Under the pieces are notes generated by a model. That model had not been told where the DNA came from, did not search any database, and saw only the letters and a list, made by a program, of their open reading frames with translations. 64,000 bases of DNA from the human T2T-CHM13v2.0 reference genome, Homo sapiens, in the NCBI RefSeq assembly GCF_009914755.1, contig NC_060926.1. The stretch is one strand, 5' to 3'. Shown here piece after piece: positions 22,308 to 36,520 of this stretch (its first letter is position 1; every line of letters begins with the position of its first letter). The position numbers and the translations under genes are program-made.

Positions 22308-23103
22308 CTCCCTTATTTCATTTATGTTTTCCTCTCTCCAGGATCATTTCCATGAGCATAAAACAAGCTATAATTTCCCCTGGCTAAAAACAAAACAAAA
22401 ATCCTCTTTCGAATCCACACCTCCTAATCTCTCCTCCACCACAGCTATTTTCCCATTTCTCCCATCCCCTCTATAGAAAACCTCAGTTTTAAAGTTGCTT
22501 CACCCTCTTCTCCAGTATCCCTTTTGCCCCTCTCTCATAAACCCATGCTAATCTGGCTTTAGCCTCATCATCCGCTGAAATGACTCAAAAATATTTGCTG
22601 AATTACATACAGACTGGTACCACTGTGTCACTGAGAATATGTTTACCCTTCACATTCTTATCCCTACTTATTCCTATTGACTTTTAAACCCATAGTTACC
22701 CTCATCAATTCTGATCCATGACACAAATTATACATTACAAATACACATCATCAAAACAAAAAAAGCAGTGTGGCTGAGGTAAGACATTCATTCTCTCCAG
22801 GTTTCTTCATCTTTAAAACAGGGGCATTAAAAGAGTTGACTCTGACCTATCCTGCTTTGACCTTGTCCAACTGGCTTCCATTCATTTCTTGGTGGTCAGC
22901 TATGGTCTAACAGTGTCATGACAAATATTTGCATGATTTTTAAGACTTTGGGATGCATTTGCTTCTCCCCTGAAAAAAAAATTAAAAAAGGAAAAGGCAG
23001 AGAAAGAGAAAAGAGAGAAGGAAAGGGGAAGAAAGGGGAAGAGAGTGACTGGTGGAAGGAAGAAAAAGAACCAAAAAAGAAACAGAAGAGATTGTGTCTG
23101 TTA

Positions 23104-23403
<300 letters not shown>

Positions 23404-24026
23404 GAGAGAGAGAGAAGGAAGGTAACACCACTCAGAGCACAGTTCTGTTAAAGAAATATTGATTTTTAGATCCTTACTCTACAGCATAAGATGATTATGT
23501 GAACTAGCTGCTCCTTAAATCTCCTTGGTCTTTAGTAAGCATCTTTTTAAATATCTATATAAAGTCTGTTTTTCTTCTGTATTAAATTTTTCTCAATGAC
23601 AATTACTGGTAACGGCTCCTTAAGTGCTCCTCAGATCAAAGAGAATAAATACATCAAAGGCACGCCTGAAAAAAATTGAACTTCTTAGGTTACCCTTAAA
23701 TCATGAGAAGAACTCGTGAAGTGAAAATTCTCTTCGTGTCTATTAACCACATCTCATTTACCGTCATACACAGCAGCTGGGTGTGGTTGTATAGATTGTT
23801 CTTGCAAAAGAGTGCCTTTCAGTCAAGGGCAGGTAGAGGCTGAAATCCACTGAATCCTCTGCTCACCAAGCATGCACACATGGAGCTGCACCCAACCCTA
23901 AGTCACGCAGAATCAATTTACACACTACCTGGGCCAATGTGAGGTCAATGCACAGCCCCAGGTCCATTAGATCACGCAAGTGGCAGAGAAACACTGTGGC
24001 TGTGTCAAGCATGGTGCTTGGCACTA

Positions 24027-24442
<416 letters not shown>

Positions 24443-24461
24443 TTAACTGGACTTAGCTTAC

Positions 24462-24951
24462 CAGTGTTTCCCAAAATGTGGGAGTGCCTCATGGGGTGCA
24501 TGAGATGATTTAATCTAGCCCACAGATACAGAATTATATAGTATTCATCTCCCTTAAATAATGAGAAAGTTATTCCCGTTTGAATTATCTTTCAAATTGC
24601 TAATATCGGTATCAGTGAGAAAGCCTCAGTTTGATGCCAGTATACTTTCACCACCTTTCTTACACACTTATCTTCCTTTTAAGCTGAGTGATTACTGACT
24701 CCAGGCTCAGAGCCCTCAGAAAGCAATAACAGCTCATGAACTTTTTTTCCACTGTATTCATTTTTATTGTTTCCTTCTGGTTATGGCAAGTGACGTTGGT
24801 TCCCCTCTACGGCAACGGCATAAATATTCCCTTTTAAATAAATGTATTACCTAACAAGATGTGTCAATTTAATAAAAAGAGAGAGTAAATATTTCAGTTA
24901 CCATACAGCTATACAAAAATTGTGGAGATGGCATAAGGTATCAAAACACTG
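24462..24951. mobile_element. Charlie4a-like hAT transposon fossil
   Basis: Ends CAGTGTTTCCCAAA and AAAACACTG, with internal GAGATGATTT. Confidence 0.5.
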
Positions 24952-25491
24952 GCAACTGTATTATGCAAATGATAGAGTTGAACCAGCCCCGAGCTATACC
25001 CCAGGCTGCAGGAGGGGCAGGACCCAGTCTGTCTATCCCAATGGAATTCCTGGCATTTGGCATGAGCCAGACATGGAACAGGCATCCTTGAAGACTCCTG
25101 GAAGGAACTAGGGGAAACAGAGATGGTCACCCACTGATCAACTACAGAGGAGACGGGCACAGAGAGAGAGGATGTGAACATTAAGTCCCTGTCTATAGAT
25201 TGTTTCTGCAGAAGAAGAGTCCAGGGCAGGGGGCCTGCCTGTTGAGAGGCAGGAGAAAGACTGAGAATCTGTTTTATCGGTCTATCTACAGCTCATAGTT
25301 GACTGCTGATACTATATTGGGCAGACATTTTGCTTCCAAGCATCATTACTAATTTCCTAGGTATATCGGCTCTTCTTGGGTTTTTTCTTTTTCTATTGTT
25401 TTTTGTTTGTTTGTTTTTTCTGTCTCATTCAACAATTTGTTGTGGGCTGGGTTATTTACAAGCCTCTCACTTCCCAAGGAGATCCACTGGT

Positions 25492-25720
25492 ACATGCACT
25501 CTCAACAGGGACCACATCACCCCCATAGAGGCAAAAACTGGTTCTTGATAGCTAAAATAACCGATTATTTTTCTTATGTGTAAACCACAGATAAAACAAC
25601 AGTATATAAACCATTATAATGAAGCACATTAACATTTCATTGAGGAGTATGTTACTAGGGAAAAAATGTCTAAAAGGATCTTTAGGGGAGCAACAATGAA
25701 AACAAAAGATTGGGAAACCA
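25492..25720. mobile_element. hAT-Charlie fossil (same family as 9191-9360)
   Basis: GGGAAAAAATGTCTAAAAGGATCTTTAGGGGAG...TTGGGAAACCA. Confidence 0.45.
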
Positions 25721-25721
25721 G

Positions 25722-25921
25722 AGTTGGGTTTCTCAGCCTCAGTACTACTGAAATTTGGGCCACATAATTCTTTGTTGAGGGACCGTCCTGGATGTATTGG
25801 GTGTGTAGCAGCATCCTTGGCCATTACCCATTAGATGACAGCTGAATCTCCCAGCTGTCTTTAGAAAATGTCATGTGTCTTTTGGGAGGAGGGCAAATCG
25901 CCACCGATGGAGAACAAGTGG
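25722..25921. mobile_element. MER20
   Basis: TTTCTCAGCCTCAGTACTACTGAAATTTGGGCC...ATAATTCTTTGTTG...TAGCAGCATCCTTGGCC...GGGCAAATCGCC. Confidence 0.8.
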
Positions 25922-27289
25922 GCTAAAGGAAAGTGTTCACAGGTATCAAATGAAGGCAGCCAGCAAGTCAGCCACGTGGCCCAGTGCTCTGGAAAGAGGG
26001 AGCTTCTAAGGATGCCAACACCCTCTCTCAAGAGAAAGGAATGAAATGCTCATATAACCAGGGTCCTCTCTCAGGGCTCCCTTGGCATGGCACAGAGCAC
26101 AATTCCATATACAAAATGCTTCCCAATAGATACCATGAAGTGATACATCCATCAGTGCCTCAAAGAGATCTTCGTCATGAATAAATTTGAGTTCAGCAGC
26201 TAATACACACCCTGCAACTAAGCCCTAAAAGAATTAGGGGTATTTTTCAATCCACTCACAAGTTCATTCATGAGATTATATTTAGACATTCTTAATACTT
26301 CAACAAAAATTAACAGGTTCAAAGCACCAGGGAATGCTATGCAATATGTGAATCAGCACTCTTAAATTGGATTAAGATTTTTTTAAAAATTGGTTAGTCA
26401 AATTAAAGTAAAATAAATCTCATCAACTAAAGAGCAGGCTCATGAGAGATAGTGAGGAATATTGTATATCACAAACAGGTTTAGAAAATGGATTCAAATC
26501 CAATTTCACTTTTACTACCCAGGTGGCTTGGGAAAACCAAATCAATCTAAAATATTTACATGTTAAATGCTTAAAAATTTAAACCTGAAATAGCAAGCAC
26601 AAATTAAAGGCACCCAATTAATATTAGTGGTTTTCCTAATTTATTTTATTCCTTCCTTCCTTCCTTCTTTTTTAAGTGATAATGAACACACACTATATAA
26701 GTATAAAGGGAAAGAAAAATTATTAGAAGAAAATAGGGGGTATAAAAAAGAAAGCCAAACCAAAAAAATACAGAAAATGTAGGGCAATTTACTTTTTGCC
26801 AGTAATTAAGAGGAAGACTAGCTCTTTCAATACACAACACGGTTTGACAGTTGTCCTAGGAGTACCTTTTTTATCCTCTCTGCCAAGATCTGTTTCTTTA
26901 AAATATGTGTCAACTGTTGTCACTAGTATGTTCCCATTTGTAAGGTGCACCTACACTTTCTAGTATGACTTCCTTACAACCTGACTGGGGACCAAAAGAA
27001 GAACCTTTTGACATTTCTGGTTGCTTCTACTGTCCCAACATATCAAGAGTATCCGGATAAATTGTACTGTAGACCTTTGTGATCTCTTTATGTAACTGAC
27101 TTTGTCCTACTTCATAACTATAAAATTTATTTTGGAACAATAAAAAAGAAATTATTATTGAGCTATCACAAAAAGGAAATCCTAATTCACAAGCAATAAT
27201 TTGAAGAATCATAGACACCCAATAATCAAAGACTGAAGGTTAACAACAAAAGTATCTTATGGAACATACAGGAGAAGGTTCCTGCTATC

Positions 27290-27600
27290 TCCAAGCCTGT
27301 TTTTCCATCTTTAAATTGGTAATAATCATAGTGATACCTATAATTTACAAGGATGATGTGGTGTTTAAATTAGATAATGGATTAAAAGTCTTACTTCAGC
27401 ACCTGACACAATGGCGTTCAATAAATGTTTAGTTTTATTGCATTGAGGTTTATTCTTATTATTATTACTAGGCCAATTCTCTTTTATAACCAAAAAAAAA
27501 GTTGAGAGAAACAAGGTAATTTGCTCTCAGCCACACAGGTTATTAGGAACAATACCGGAACATAAATGTCCAAGCTCCTAATTCCATGCTGCTTCTTTAA
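27290..27600. mobile_element. Two MIR fragments in opposite orientation
   Basis: GCCTGTTTTCCCATCTTTAAATTGGTAATAATCATAG (+) and GTAATTTGCTCTCAGCCACACAG (-). Confidence 0.5.
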
Positions 27601-27654
27601 TGTGCTGTTTCAGTCATCATATCCAAATGGCACTTCAGAGATTAGTATAGATAT

Positions 27655-28200
27655 GCTATTTTGGTTATCTCTTATTGTATAATAAATTACTCCAACATTC
27701 AGTGGCTTAAAGCAGCATCCTTATTTTACTCTATCTTGTGATTTAATGGATCAGGAATATGGGCAGGGCTCAGCTGGGTGATTCTTTCACTGCACAAGGT
27801 ATTGACCAGGATCAACCGGTGATATTCAGCTGGTGGACAGGCCAGTTAAGATGACTTCATTCACAGTTGAATCTCTTGGCAGGGATGGGTTGAAGACTGA
27901 GTTCAAGTGAGATTCTTGGCTAGACCCCTTGTCCATGCCTTTTCCAGTGGTCTTGGGATAGTCAGACTTTGTTCATGGTGGCTCAGAGCTTCCAGAGAGC
28001 TGGGTTCCGAAAGGTCTGGGAAGAAGCTGATGCTGCTCTAAGGCTTGTTCTGAGCCAACATCAGTCTCAGAAAATCACTTCTGCCACATCCTGTTAGTCG
28101 TGTCACTAAAGCCAACCCAAATTCAAGAGGAGTGGAGTTAAACTCCATCTCCAAATGGAAGAAGTAGCAACAAATTTTCAAGCATTGTTAGTCTACCACA
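27655..28200 (-). mobile_element. MLT1G/H-like LTR
   Basis: CAGTGGCTTAAAGCAGCA, GGGCAGGGCTCAGCTGGG, TCACTTCTGCCACATCCTGTT and an end CTACCACA. Confidence 0.7.
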
Positions 28201-29789
28201 CACAGACCACATGTAAAGACAAAGGACAATATTGTTGTTCTTGTGAGTCAAGTCCCTAAGATATTACAGAAGAGGGCTGTATTTTTATTGTTATTGTTAC
28301 TATTTGTTATGTCGTGTGTGTGAGTGTGTGAGAGAGTATGTGTGTGTGAAGAACTTAAATGACACATAATTAATAAATAATATATACTTAATAGTATGTA
28401 CTTAATAAAAATTATATCGTAGCCTTATTGGGAAAAAAAAAAAAGACCTTTCAAAGTAATTTATCCGGAAAGAAAAACAAGTAAAATTGATGTCAAGTAA
28501 AATTTGCTCCCAGCCAAATTAAACACTGGCTTCACAAAATGAAGGGGAAAGCCATATGTTATTTTCAAAATGGCTTCCCAAGAGGGCAAGCAATAATGCA
28601 AAGAGGTATTGAAGCTGCAGAATGGGGGATATTGTCAAAGAGAATTTATTACCCCATGTATAACAAGAATAATCTCCAGTCCCTTGCCACCAAGTTATGG
28701 TTCAGAAAGCCTAATGAAAATTCTGGGAGGGAATTAAATTTAATTTGTTGTTCTGGGTTTAGAATTGACCCATAGTTATTCCAAGGATATACTGAACCTT
28801 CTGAGTTTTCAAAAAATAATTTCTAGATGGCTAGTTAATCTCAAAGTCAGAAGAGAAAAAAATGCACAGTTAAAAAACCCCATTAACTAATTGGATTGAA
28901 GCAACAGAAGACCTAAGATTTATTACTATCTCAATCCTTATGAATTTTAGGCAATTCTCTTTTAAAAAGAGAAGAAACCAACACAGAGCCTTTGAAAAAT
29001 ATTCTAGAATAAGAGAAAGACAATGTCATTCTAAAGACTTACTGTGGAGGCAAGCTTTCACATATCATTACTACAAGAACTTAAAAAAAAATAAAAATCA
29101 TTTTCAAATTCAATAGCACATAAGATGATATTACCTCTAAGAAACAGAATTTTTAAATTAAGGAGAATGTAAATTGAAAATACAATAAGATTACACTAAA
29201 TACAAAAATATTTCCAGATCAAATTTAGAATTACAGAATGTCCTTTTAATCCTGAGCTTCATATTAACTCTAGGTTCCTTAATAAAATGAACATAATCCC
29301 TATTTTTAAAAATTTCATAATGTATATGAAATACATATAACAGAATGCAATACATATCGGTTAATGTATGTGAGTGAGTGTGTGTACACACAGGATAAAG
29401 CAAATAAGTAATAGAGGATAGAATACTGCCTGATAGGATATTTTAGAATAAAACAATTAACATTCCTATATTACAAATATATACATATGCAAATGTACAT
29501 GTATATAGTATAGATATATACCCATAAACACACCCGAAAAAAGCTCAAAATAACAATGCCAATCTCATTGGTATAAAAAATTACTGTAAGCAAATGATTA
29601 CTACGAAGCAGTTTAATATATCTTTGCGGATTTTTTCTTTGTTTTTAGTTTATATCTTACTAATGACAGTCAGTGAATGTTTTACAGTTACTTGAAATAA
29701 TTCTTGTCCATGAGGTTGAATCATTAAATTAATACAAATTTATCTGCATCGTTTAAATCTTGATTTCAGGTTTTAGAGATTATATATTG

Positions 29790-30480
29790 TATTTTGCTTT
29801 AATTTTAATTATGGAAAACATTTACACGGTTTCACAAAATTTTGCTATATTTAGAAAATTCTAGTTTCTATACCAGTCCCCTCTACCCTTCTGCCCTGTC
29901 CCTTCCTTCCCCCATTGAAACCTCATTTTTTATTCTTCATATACATATGGTTTATCCTTCATATACATAGATAAATGAAGTATATATACACACACACACA
30001 TGCACATACACACATACATATAAACACACATGTATATACATATACATACATAACATGCATACATACATGTATAAACACATATACACATATTACACATACA
30101 TATACATACATATATTCATATTTTTCCATTCATATTGTGTCATTTTTTCCTTAAACACTAGGATACTGTGCACGATGTTCCCTACTTTGTTAATTTTTAG
30201 CTCAGTGATAGATACTGTACACAATCTTCCCTACTTTGTTAATTTTTAGCTTAGTGATATGTCCTAGAGATAATTATTTTTTTCATAACTGCACAATACC
30301 TAGAACATGGACAAGCATATAGACAAGCATATATACATGGACAAGCATACAGACAAAAAGTGTTTCATGGTTTACTAAATCAGTCCCCTTCTTATGGGTT
30401 GTAAGATATTCCCAGGCTTTTGCTAATACAGTGTTGTAATGAACAGCCCTGAGATTATGTCTTTTTACATTTTCAGAGCA
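29790..30480 (-). mobile_element. Ancient L1 3' fragment with a (CA/TA)n tract at ~29980-30120
   Basis: CATAACTGCAC...AATCAGTCCCCT...TTCCCAGGCTTTTGCTAATAC. Confidence 0.5.
30162..30259. repeat. Tandem duplication, 2 x 49 bp
   Basis: 30162-30210 vs 30211-30259, 4 mismatches. Confidence 0.9.
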
Positions 30481-30951
30481 TTACAGAGTCTTAATCAAAA
30501 CAACAAAGAATCCATCCAACACATCATTTTTATAGACTGCAAATGCTCAGAATATATAGAACCCACATTTCATTCTTTTCTAATAAATGTATTAAACGAT
30601 GCAAACTGAGAGAAGTACCAACACTAAGAATCCAAGAATTGTAAAAGTGTGATATAGGAGAACTGACCACTAAACCAGTTAAACATCGAGGTGAATATAA
30701 AGAGTTACTAATATATGTATACAACACTAAAAGTAAAAGTCAAAACTGTTTCTTGAAAGACACTATATGGAATCTAAAAATCATAACTCAGTAATAATAA
30801 CCTGGTTATAAAACCCTTCAGTTACATTTTCAAAGACTGTAAAATAGTGAGGGAGAAGGAAAAAGAAATTCATTATATTCTATTTTATACTCAGAGGCAG
30901 TAAAAAACATACAGTTTCATTGTTAACCTTGATAAAAGAAATATAGGTTAG

Positions 30952-31079
30952 CCTTTTCAAACATATTTTTCAAAGATAATCAAAGAATCTATGCCTTCAA
31001 AGACTAAAAGTTATCCCTTTTCAAAAATATTTTTCAAAGATAATCAAAGAATCTATGGCTTTAATGACTAAAAGTTATC
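30952..31079. repeat. Tandem duplication, 2 x 64 bp
   Basis: 30952-31015 vs 31016-31079, 4 mismatches. Confidence 0.9.
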
Positions 31080-31309
31080 TATACTTTCCAAATCAATGGA
31101 GAAAACAAAATTAAAAACAATTCATTAAAACATGCAGTATAAGAAATCATAAAAACAACAAAGCTCAAAATAAGATGATAAAAATGTTTCTAAGTACATC
31201 AGTTACAACAATGCATGTAAATCAGTCAAATTATCTTGTTAAAGCTTCTCAGACTGGGCTACATGTAATGCAGTGTCATATCGCTTATGAAACTGCCTGC
31301 AGGGAATGC

Positions 31310-31500
31310 AGGGCAGACTTTGTGGTCAGACAGACCTGGCTTAAAACCCCAGCTCCATCATTATTAATTACTTGATCCTGTGCACATCATATTTATGCTT
31401 TGGGTCTCACTTCTTTTATCCATAATACTGGAACTAATAATATTTACCTCTGAATGTTTTTGTAAGGATTAGAAAGAACGTATGTTACATGCATTTCCTA
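31310..31500 (+). mobile_element. MIR
   Basis: GGTCAGACAGACCTGGCTTAAAACCCCAGCTCC...TTGTAAGGATTAGA. Confidence 0.6.
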
Positions 31501-33059
31501 GGGCAGACAAAGATCTGTCTTTTATTAAAGGCTTACTATTAGAACATTAAAGTAAGTAAGTAGCATTGATACACTAGTATACCAATGAGCTAAAAATAAA
31601 TGGACAAGCATATAGACAAAAAAGTAAGACAATATCAACTGTAGAACACAAGGCAAACATATTTATCACTGTATACTGACAAAGGGCAAAATTTTCAATT
31701 AAACTGTAACAAGCATGCCCTTTTATGCCCCAGATAACATACTATCAAAATAGTCAACAAAAAACACATTAGGATACAAAGGTGAAATAACAAATAATAC
31801 TATGAGATACTAACAAGCCACTTTCCATAACTGAGAAATGAAGGCACACAAATTTGAATTATATAAGTAATAGTGGCAACTTAATTGATATAACCCAAAT
31901 CAAAGTTCATAACCCTTGATGGTACATAAAACCTTTGCAAGAAAAAAATGTAATAAAATTCCTAAAGAGAAGAAAAAAAATTTGACAGTATTTTTTGTGT
32001 TACAGCATAGTCTGGAAATCACACCTTCTATCCAGTAAAGTACCACTGGGCATTATCATCATATTAATCTAACTCTAATAAACTCAAAAAGAGAAGATAC
32101 ATTATACATAGCACCACTTAAAAATAGTAATTCAGGTTTATTCTATACCTATCTTATGTAATCGCATATTATGAATCACATATTTCTTTTTTTAAGGTGC
32201 AGATAAAAACAAAATTTTTATCATACGCTTCAAATGCAGCATAATTATATTATAGAAATAACGCATGTTTAGTGTTCTACATTGGGTGGTAAACAATTAC
32301 AAATTGGTACCAGGATAAAGTAAAAATTTCTTACTAAACCCTAACTGAGGTCAAAGCAATATAATCCCTCTTGCTTTTATTTCTGAGATTCACAGCATGG
32401 TGAATGACGACACCAATACCTTACCGAGGCTGTATATGTTTTTAAATTCTTCAAGCAATGGAATGTTGATATTTATTGGGTCATCATAATTTTCCTTTTA
32501 TGACTATGTTACAACCATTTCAAATGCATTTCATTCAAATGCATTCATCAAAGACAATGCTCTGAAAAACTCAACCAATTTAACATTAGTATTCCGGCTC
32601 AAAACCTAAAGTTTTAAAGTAGTGGTAGCAAAATGAACAACTCAAATAAAACTTTTTTGAGTTCTTGATGCAAATCCAACTAATTACAAAACCGCTGATA
32701 GCTTTCAGGCTTAAAGTAACAGGAGGCTGTAAAATATTGGCACTTTGAGAAATCAGTCTTAGCTTTTCAAACAAATATTTTTCTGGAAACTATATAGAAA
32801 AATCTTCCCGAAATTTATTGTCTTTCCCGTTGTACTAGAAAGATACAAAACAAAACACGTGAGGTTTTTGCACAGACTTCATAATTTAATTGGAATTTAT
32901 GTATGTAACATAAATACCTTTCAAACATTCACCAACTGTAAGGCAATTATCTGTTCTCAACATCTACCCTCAGAAGCAGTTGATACGATAGTCCACATTT
33001 CAAGGTCTCTGGTACAGAAGGAGCTCTGTCCTCTGCCCACACTCTCTCCTGATCTATGG

Positions 33060-34150
33060 CTTTAAATTCCAGCTATATTCCAATAACTCTCAAACACATA
33101 TGCCTAGATGAGACCTATCCTCTGTGATCCAGGTTCCTGTATACACTTGCCTTCTTCATGTCTTTAACTAGATACCTGAATCAGGATCTTGAAATTGATA
33201 TGTCCCATATGGAATACACATTCTTTCTCCAAAAACCATGTCATCCATCTCTTCCCTGGAATCCTTCCCATCTCAGTAAATGGTACCACCATTCAGCTAT
33301 TTGTTTCAGCTAAAATTCTAGGAGACGCCCTTGATTCCTCTCTCTGAGAGTTTACACCTTACCTACTGATAAGTCCTACTGGGTCTATATTCAAAACATA
33401 TTGCAAATGCAACCACTGCTTACTTTCTCCCATGCTATAGCCATAATCTCGTCTCTAAACCAAGTGCAATAGCCTCATAACTGGCCTCCTTGCATCCACT
33501 CTTGTTGACTACAATCTGTCCTCCAAAACAACAGTCAGAGATGTTCTTTCTGAAAGATCAGATTATATAATGTCGACTCTGTTTTAAGATCCACTACCAG
33601 CTTCCCATCACTCATGGGATAATATCCCAAACTCCGTACCATGGCTAACAAGGTCTAACTCCTGACTTTTCTAACCTCATTTTCCTCCTCTGTTCTGTTT
33701 CCTCACAATGTTCTAGATACTGTGGCCAAGCTTGTTCCCAAACTGACACCCTTGCCAGTGCTGATCCTTCTACCTGCAATGTAACCCCCACCCCAAATAT
33801 GCCTGAGACAACCTCCTTATCATCATCCATATTTCAATGAGCACCTTCTCAGAAAGGTCTTCCTTCTCCTGGGCTGAAACTGCCCCCAGCAAGTATCACG
33901 TTGCTTTCTTTTTATCTTCTACCCAATACTAGTACCAACTGATGTTATGTTGTTATACTATATTATATTACGTGGTATTTGATTTTAATTTTTGTTGGTA
34001 TATTTATTGTATGCCTTCCACCATGGGAAGGGCTCTCTCATCACCCAGAGAGCAAGAACTCTCTCATTCTCCACCACAGTTGGATGGGTACCATTGTTCT
34101 AGTACCTAGAGCAGTATCTGGCCCGTGGCCAACTTTTAATAAATGTGCCT
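33060..34150 (+). mobile_element. L2a 3' portion
   Basis: CTTCCCATCTCAGTAAATGGTACCACCATTC, CAATAGCCTCATAACTGGCCTCC and TAGTACCTAGAGCAGTATCTGGC...AATAAATGT. Confidence 0.8.
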
Positions 34151-34365
34151 TATTGTGGTGGCTACAGCAAAAGAACAAAACTATCTTTTTTCAAATAATA
34201 AGAACACACATAAAATAAAACTGAGGTGAATTAGAGGATATTTCCTTAAACTAGGAAGCATTGGATTTATGAAATCTATAAACTATCTCCATGATTGCAT
34301 TTAAAGGAAGCTGCTTAATGTTCCATGGAATATATATGTCTTCAAGACAAATGGGAAATATCTAA

Positions 34366-34367
34366 TT

Positions 34368-34399
<32 letters not shown>

Positions 34400-34443
34400 C
34401 ACACACACACACACATATATATATACACACACACATATATATA
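34366..34443. repeat. (TA)n(CA)n compound microsatellite
   Basis: Directly visible. Confidence 0.95.
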
Positions 34444-34840
34444 ACCCAATCTATCCCAACAGTTTTCAAGAATATTTGAGAATTCTGCAAGTCAGAGCTT
34501 GTCTGTATAATGAAACACATATAGCAAAGAAATTTAATTTTGAAATCAAATAACAAAAAGTTTCTACATATATGTGTGTGTGCATATACAGATACTTTTA
34601 ATAATTTTAACAATTGCTAATAATTGTATTTCACATCAAGACTTTCAGTAGGTCAACTTGAAACTCATGCCTTCTTCTCCTTGTTCTGAAAGAAGCACAG
34701 GTTCCGGCACTAAGAGAACTTGAAGAAGGCAATTTGGTTCGTTTGTGAGGCTATTGAACTAAGTGATGACTCCGCTGCTGCACTCCCCCGACTCATCCTA
34801 GGTCCAACAGGAAGGGAGGCCATGGCCATCTGAGGAGTTA

Positions 34841-34878
34841 TTTGGTTGGTGCAAAAGTAATTGTGGTTTTTGCCATTA
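34841..34878. mobile_element. MADE1/Hsmar1 single terminal inverted repeat
   Basis: TTGGTTGGTGCAAAAGTAATTGTGGTTTTTGCCATTA preceded by TA. The second half is absent. Confidence 0.85.
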
Positions 34879-35744
34879 ATACTAGAATTCCTTCTCAGGT
34901 TCTCAGGTAGGCACATCGCTTTGCCTCTCTATTCTTCAGAGGAGCCAATCAAGTGAATGTATACAGAGAATTGCTTGGGGGGAGTGCATCCCAATAGTTT
35001 GTTTTGCTTTGACCAAAAAGGCACTGAAAAAACAGTATGTGGCTGAAGTAACATTAATACGGGCCCCATGCCATTTAGCCACTATAAAGGAACCCTCCTC
35101 TGCCTGTTGAGTTAGCTGTTGAGATGCTGGTCAAATCTCCATGTATCATATATCCCACGGTAGCATAATTGTGAGCAACTGTATCTGCCACCCCCACTAC
35201 ACTGGCAGCTTGTCGGAGAAAAGGAAAATGTCTCTTCCTCCCAACCACTGAGCTCCCACTACGCTACCTGTCTACCCAGCACCTCCATCTTCTTCCATCT
35301 AGGGCTTTCAACCATGTTGCTCTTGTTTTTCATGATTTAATTTACCTCCACCACTAGAATGACATGATTTTCACAGAAACGTTTAATAATCTCTTCAATT
35401 CCTTCCCAGTCATTAAACAGGCAAATAGAAAGCTAAGCATATTATCATGGAATTACATGAAATGATACATCCTAAGTCAAATGAGCAGGTCACAAAGGGG
35501 AATGCCTCACCTGTTCCCTGCTGTGTGAAGGCATGTGGGTGCCCATGTATGTATGTATGGAGAACACAATGCAGAATGGACACCAACGCATTAACAGGAG
35601 AGTCTGAATTGGGTTTTGCTCTCTTTCTGATATGCTTCGATACCATGAAGCCTCTCACTATGAAAATACCACCATGTTCAAACCAAAACTAGGAAAGCCA
35701 TTTTTTAAAACTGTGTGAAAACCTCTAAATCATCTTCCCTTTTT

Positions 35745-36520
35745 CTATTTCTTTTATTATGGTAAAATACAAATAACTTAAAATTTAATATCTTCACCAT
35801 TTTTCAGTGTACAGTTCAGTGGTATTAAGTACATTCAAATTGTTGTGTAACTATTACCACCAACCATCTCCAGAACTGTTCATCTTCCCAAACTGAAACG
35901 CTATGCTTATTAAACAAAAACTCCCGTTTTCTCCCTCTCCCTAACTCCTAACACCATCATTCCGCTTTCTATCTTTAGGCTTTTGACCACTGTAAGAACT
36001 TCAGAAAAGTGGACACATACTTGTTCTTTTGTGACTGTCTTCTTTATTTCCCTTAGCATAATGCCCTCAAGGTTCATCCATGTCGTGGCATGTGTCAGAA
36101 TTCCCTTCCTGTTTAAGGCTGAAGGGTAGTCCACTGTATGGATTTACCACATTTTGCTTATCCTTTCACCTGTCAATGGACACCTGGGTTGCTTCCATGC
36201 TTTGGCTATTGTAAATAATACTGCTATGAACACGGGTATACAAGTATTTCTTTGAGATCCAGCTTTCGATTCTTTCGTGTACATATCCAGATGTGAAATT
36301 GCCGGATCATATGGTAACCCTATTTTTAGTTTTTTGAGGAACTGCCACGCTGCTTTCCACAGCAGTTGCATCATTTTACATTCCCACCAACAGTGCATCA
36401 GGTTTCCAATTCCTCTACATTCTTACCACCAATACTTACTTCTGGTTCTTATTAGTAGGCTTCCCAATAGGTGTCGGGTAGTATCTCACTAAAGTTTTTA
36501 TTCGCATTTTCCTTATAATA
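35745..36520 (-). mobile_element. L1MB-type 3' end
   Basis: GTGTACAGTTCAGTGGTATTAAGTACATTC. Minus ORF 'HCWWECK...LWK..WQFLKKLKI.LPYDPAI' is the ORF2 C-terminus. Confidence 0.9.

Larger units (their letters stand above)
17250..22580 (+). mobile_element. L2 fossil in pieces (~17250-17635, ~19862-20069, ~22308-22580), host to nested LTR insertions
   Basis: L2-like motifs CTCAGCTGAGGGCTTTGCTTCC, CACTGATCCCATCCCCTCC and CTAATCTGGCTTT...CGCTGAAA, resuming across the inserts. Confidence 0.5.

Noticed and set aside
20317-22387. Many 60-140 aa ORFs
   Set aside because: Broken remnants of THE1 internal/LTR sequence
32425-32500. Possible minus-strand exon (donor-like TCG|GTAAGG, short open frame ENYDDPININIPLLEEFKNIYSL)
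   Set aside because: No polypyrimidine acceptor, no recognisable protein similarity and no partner exons
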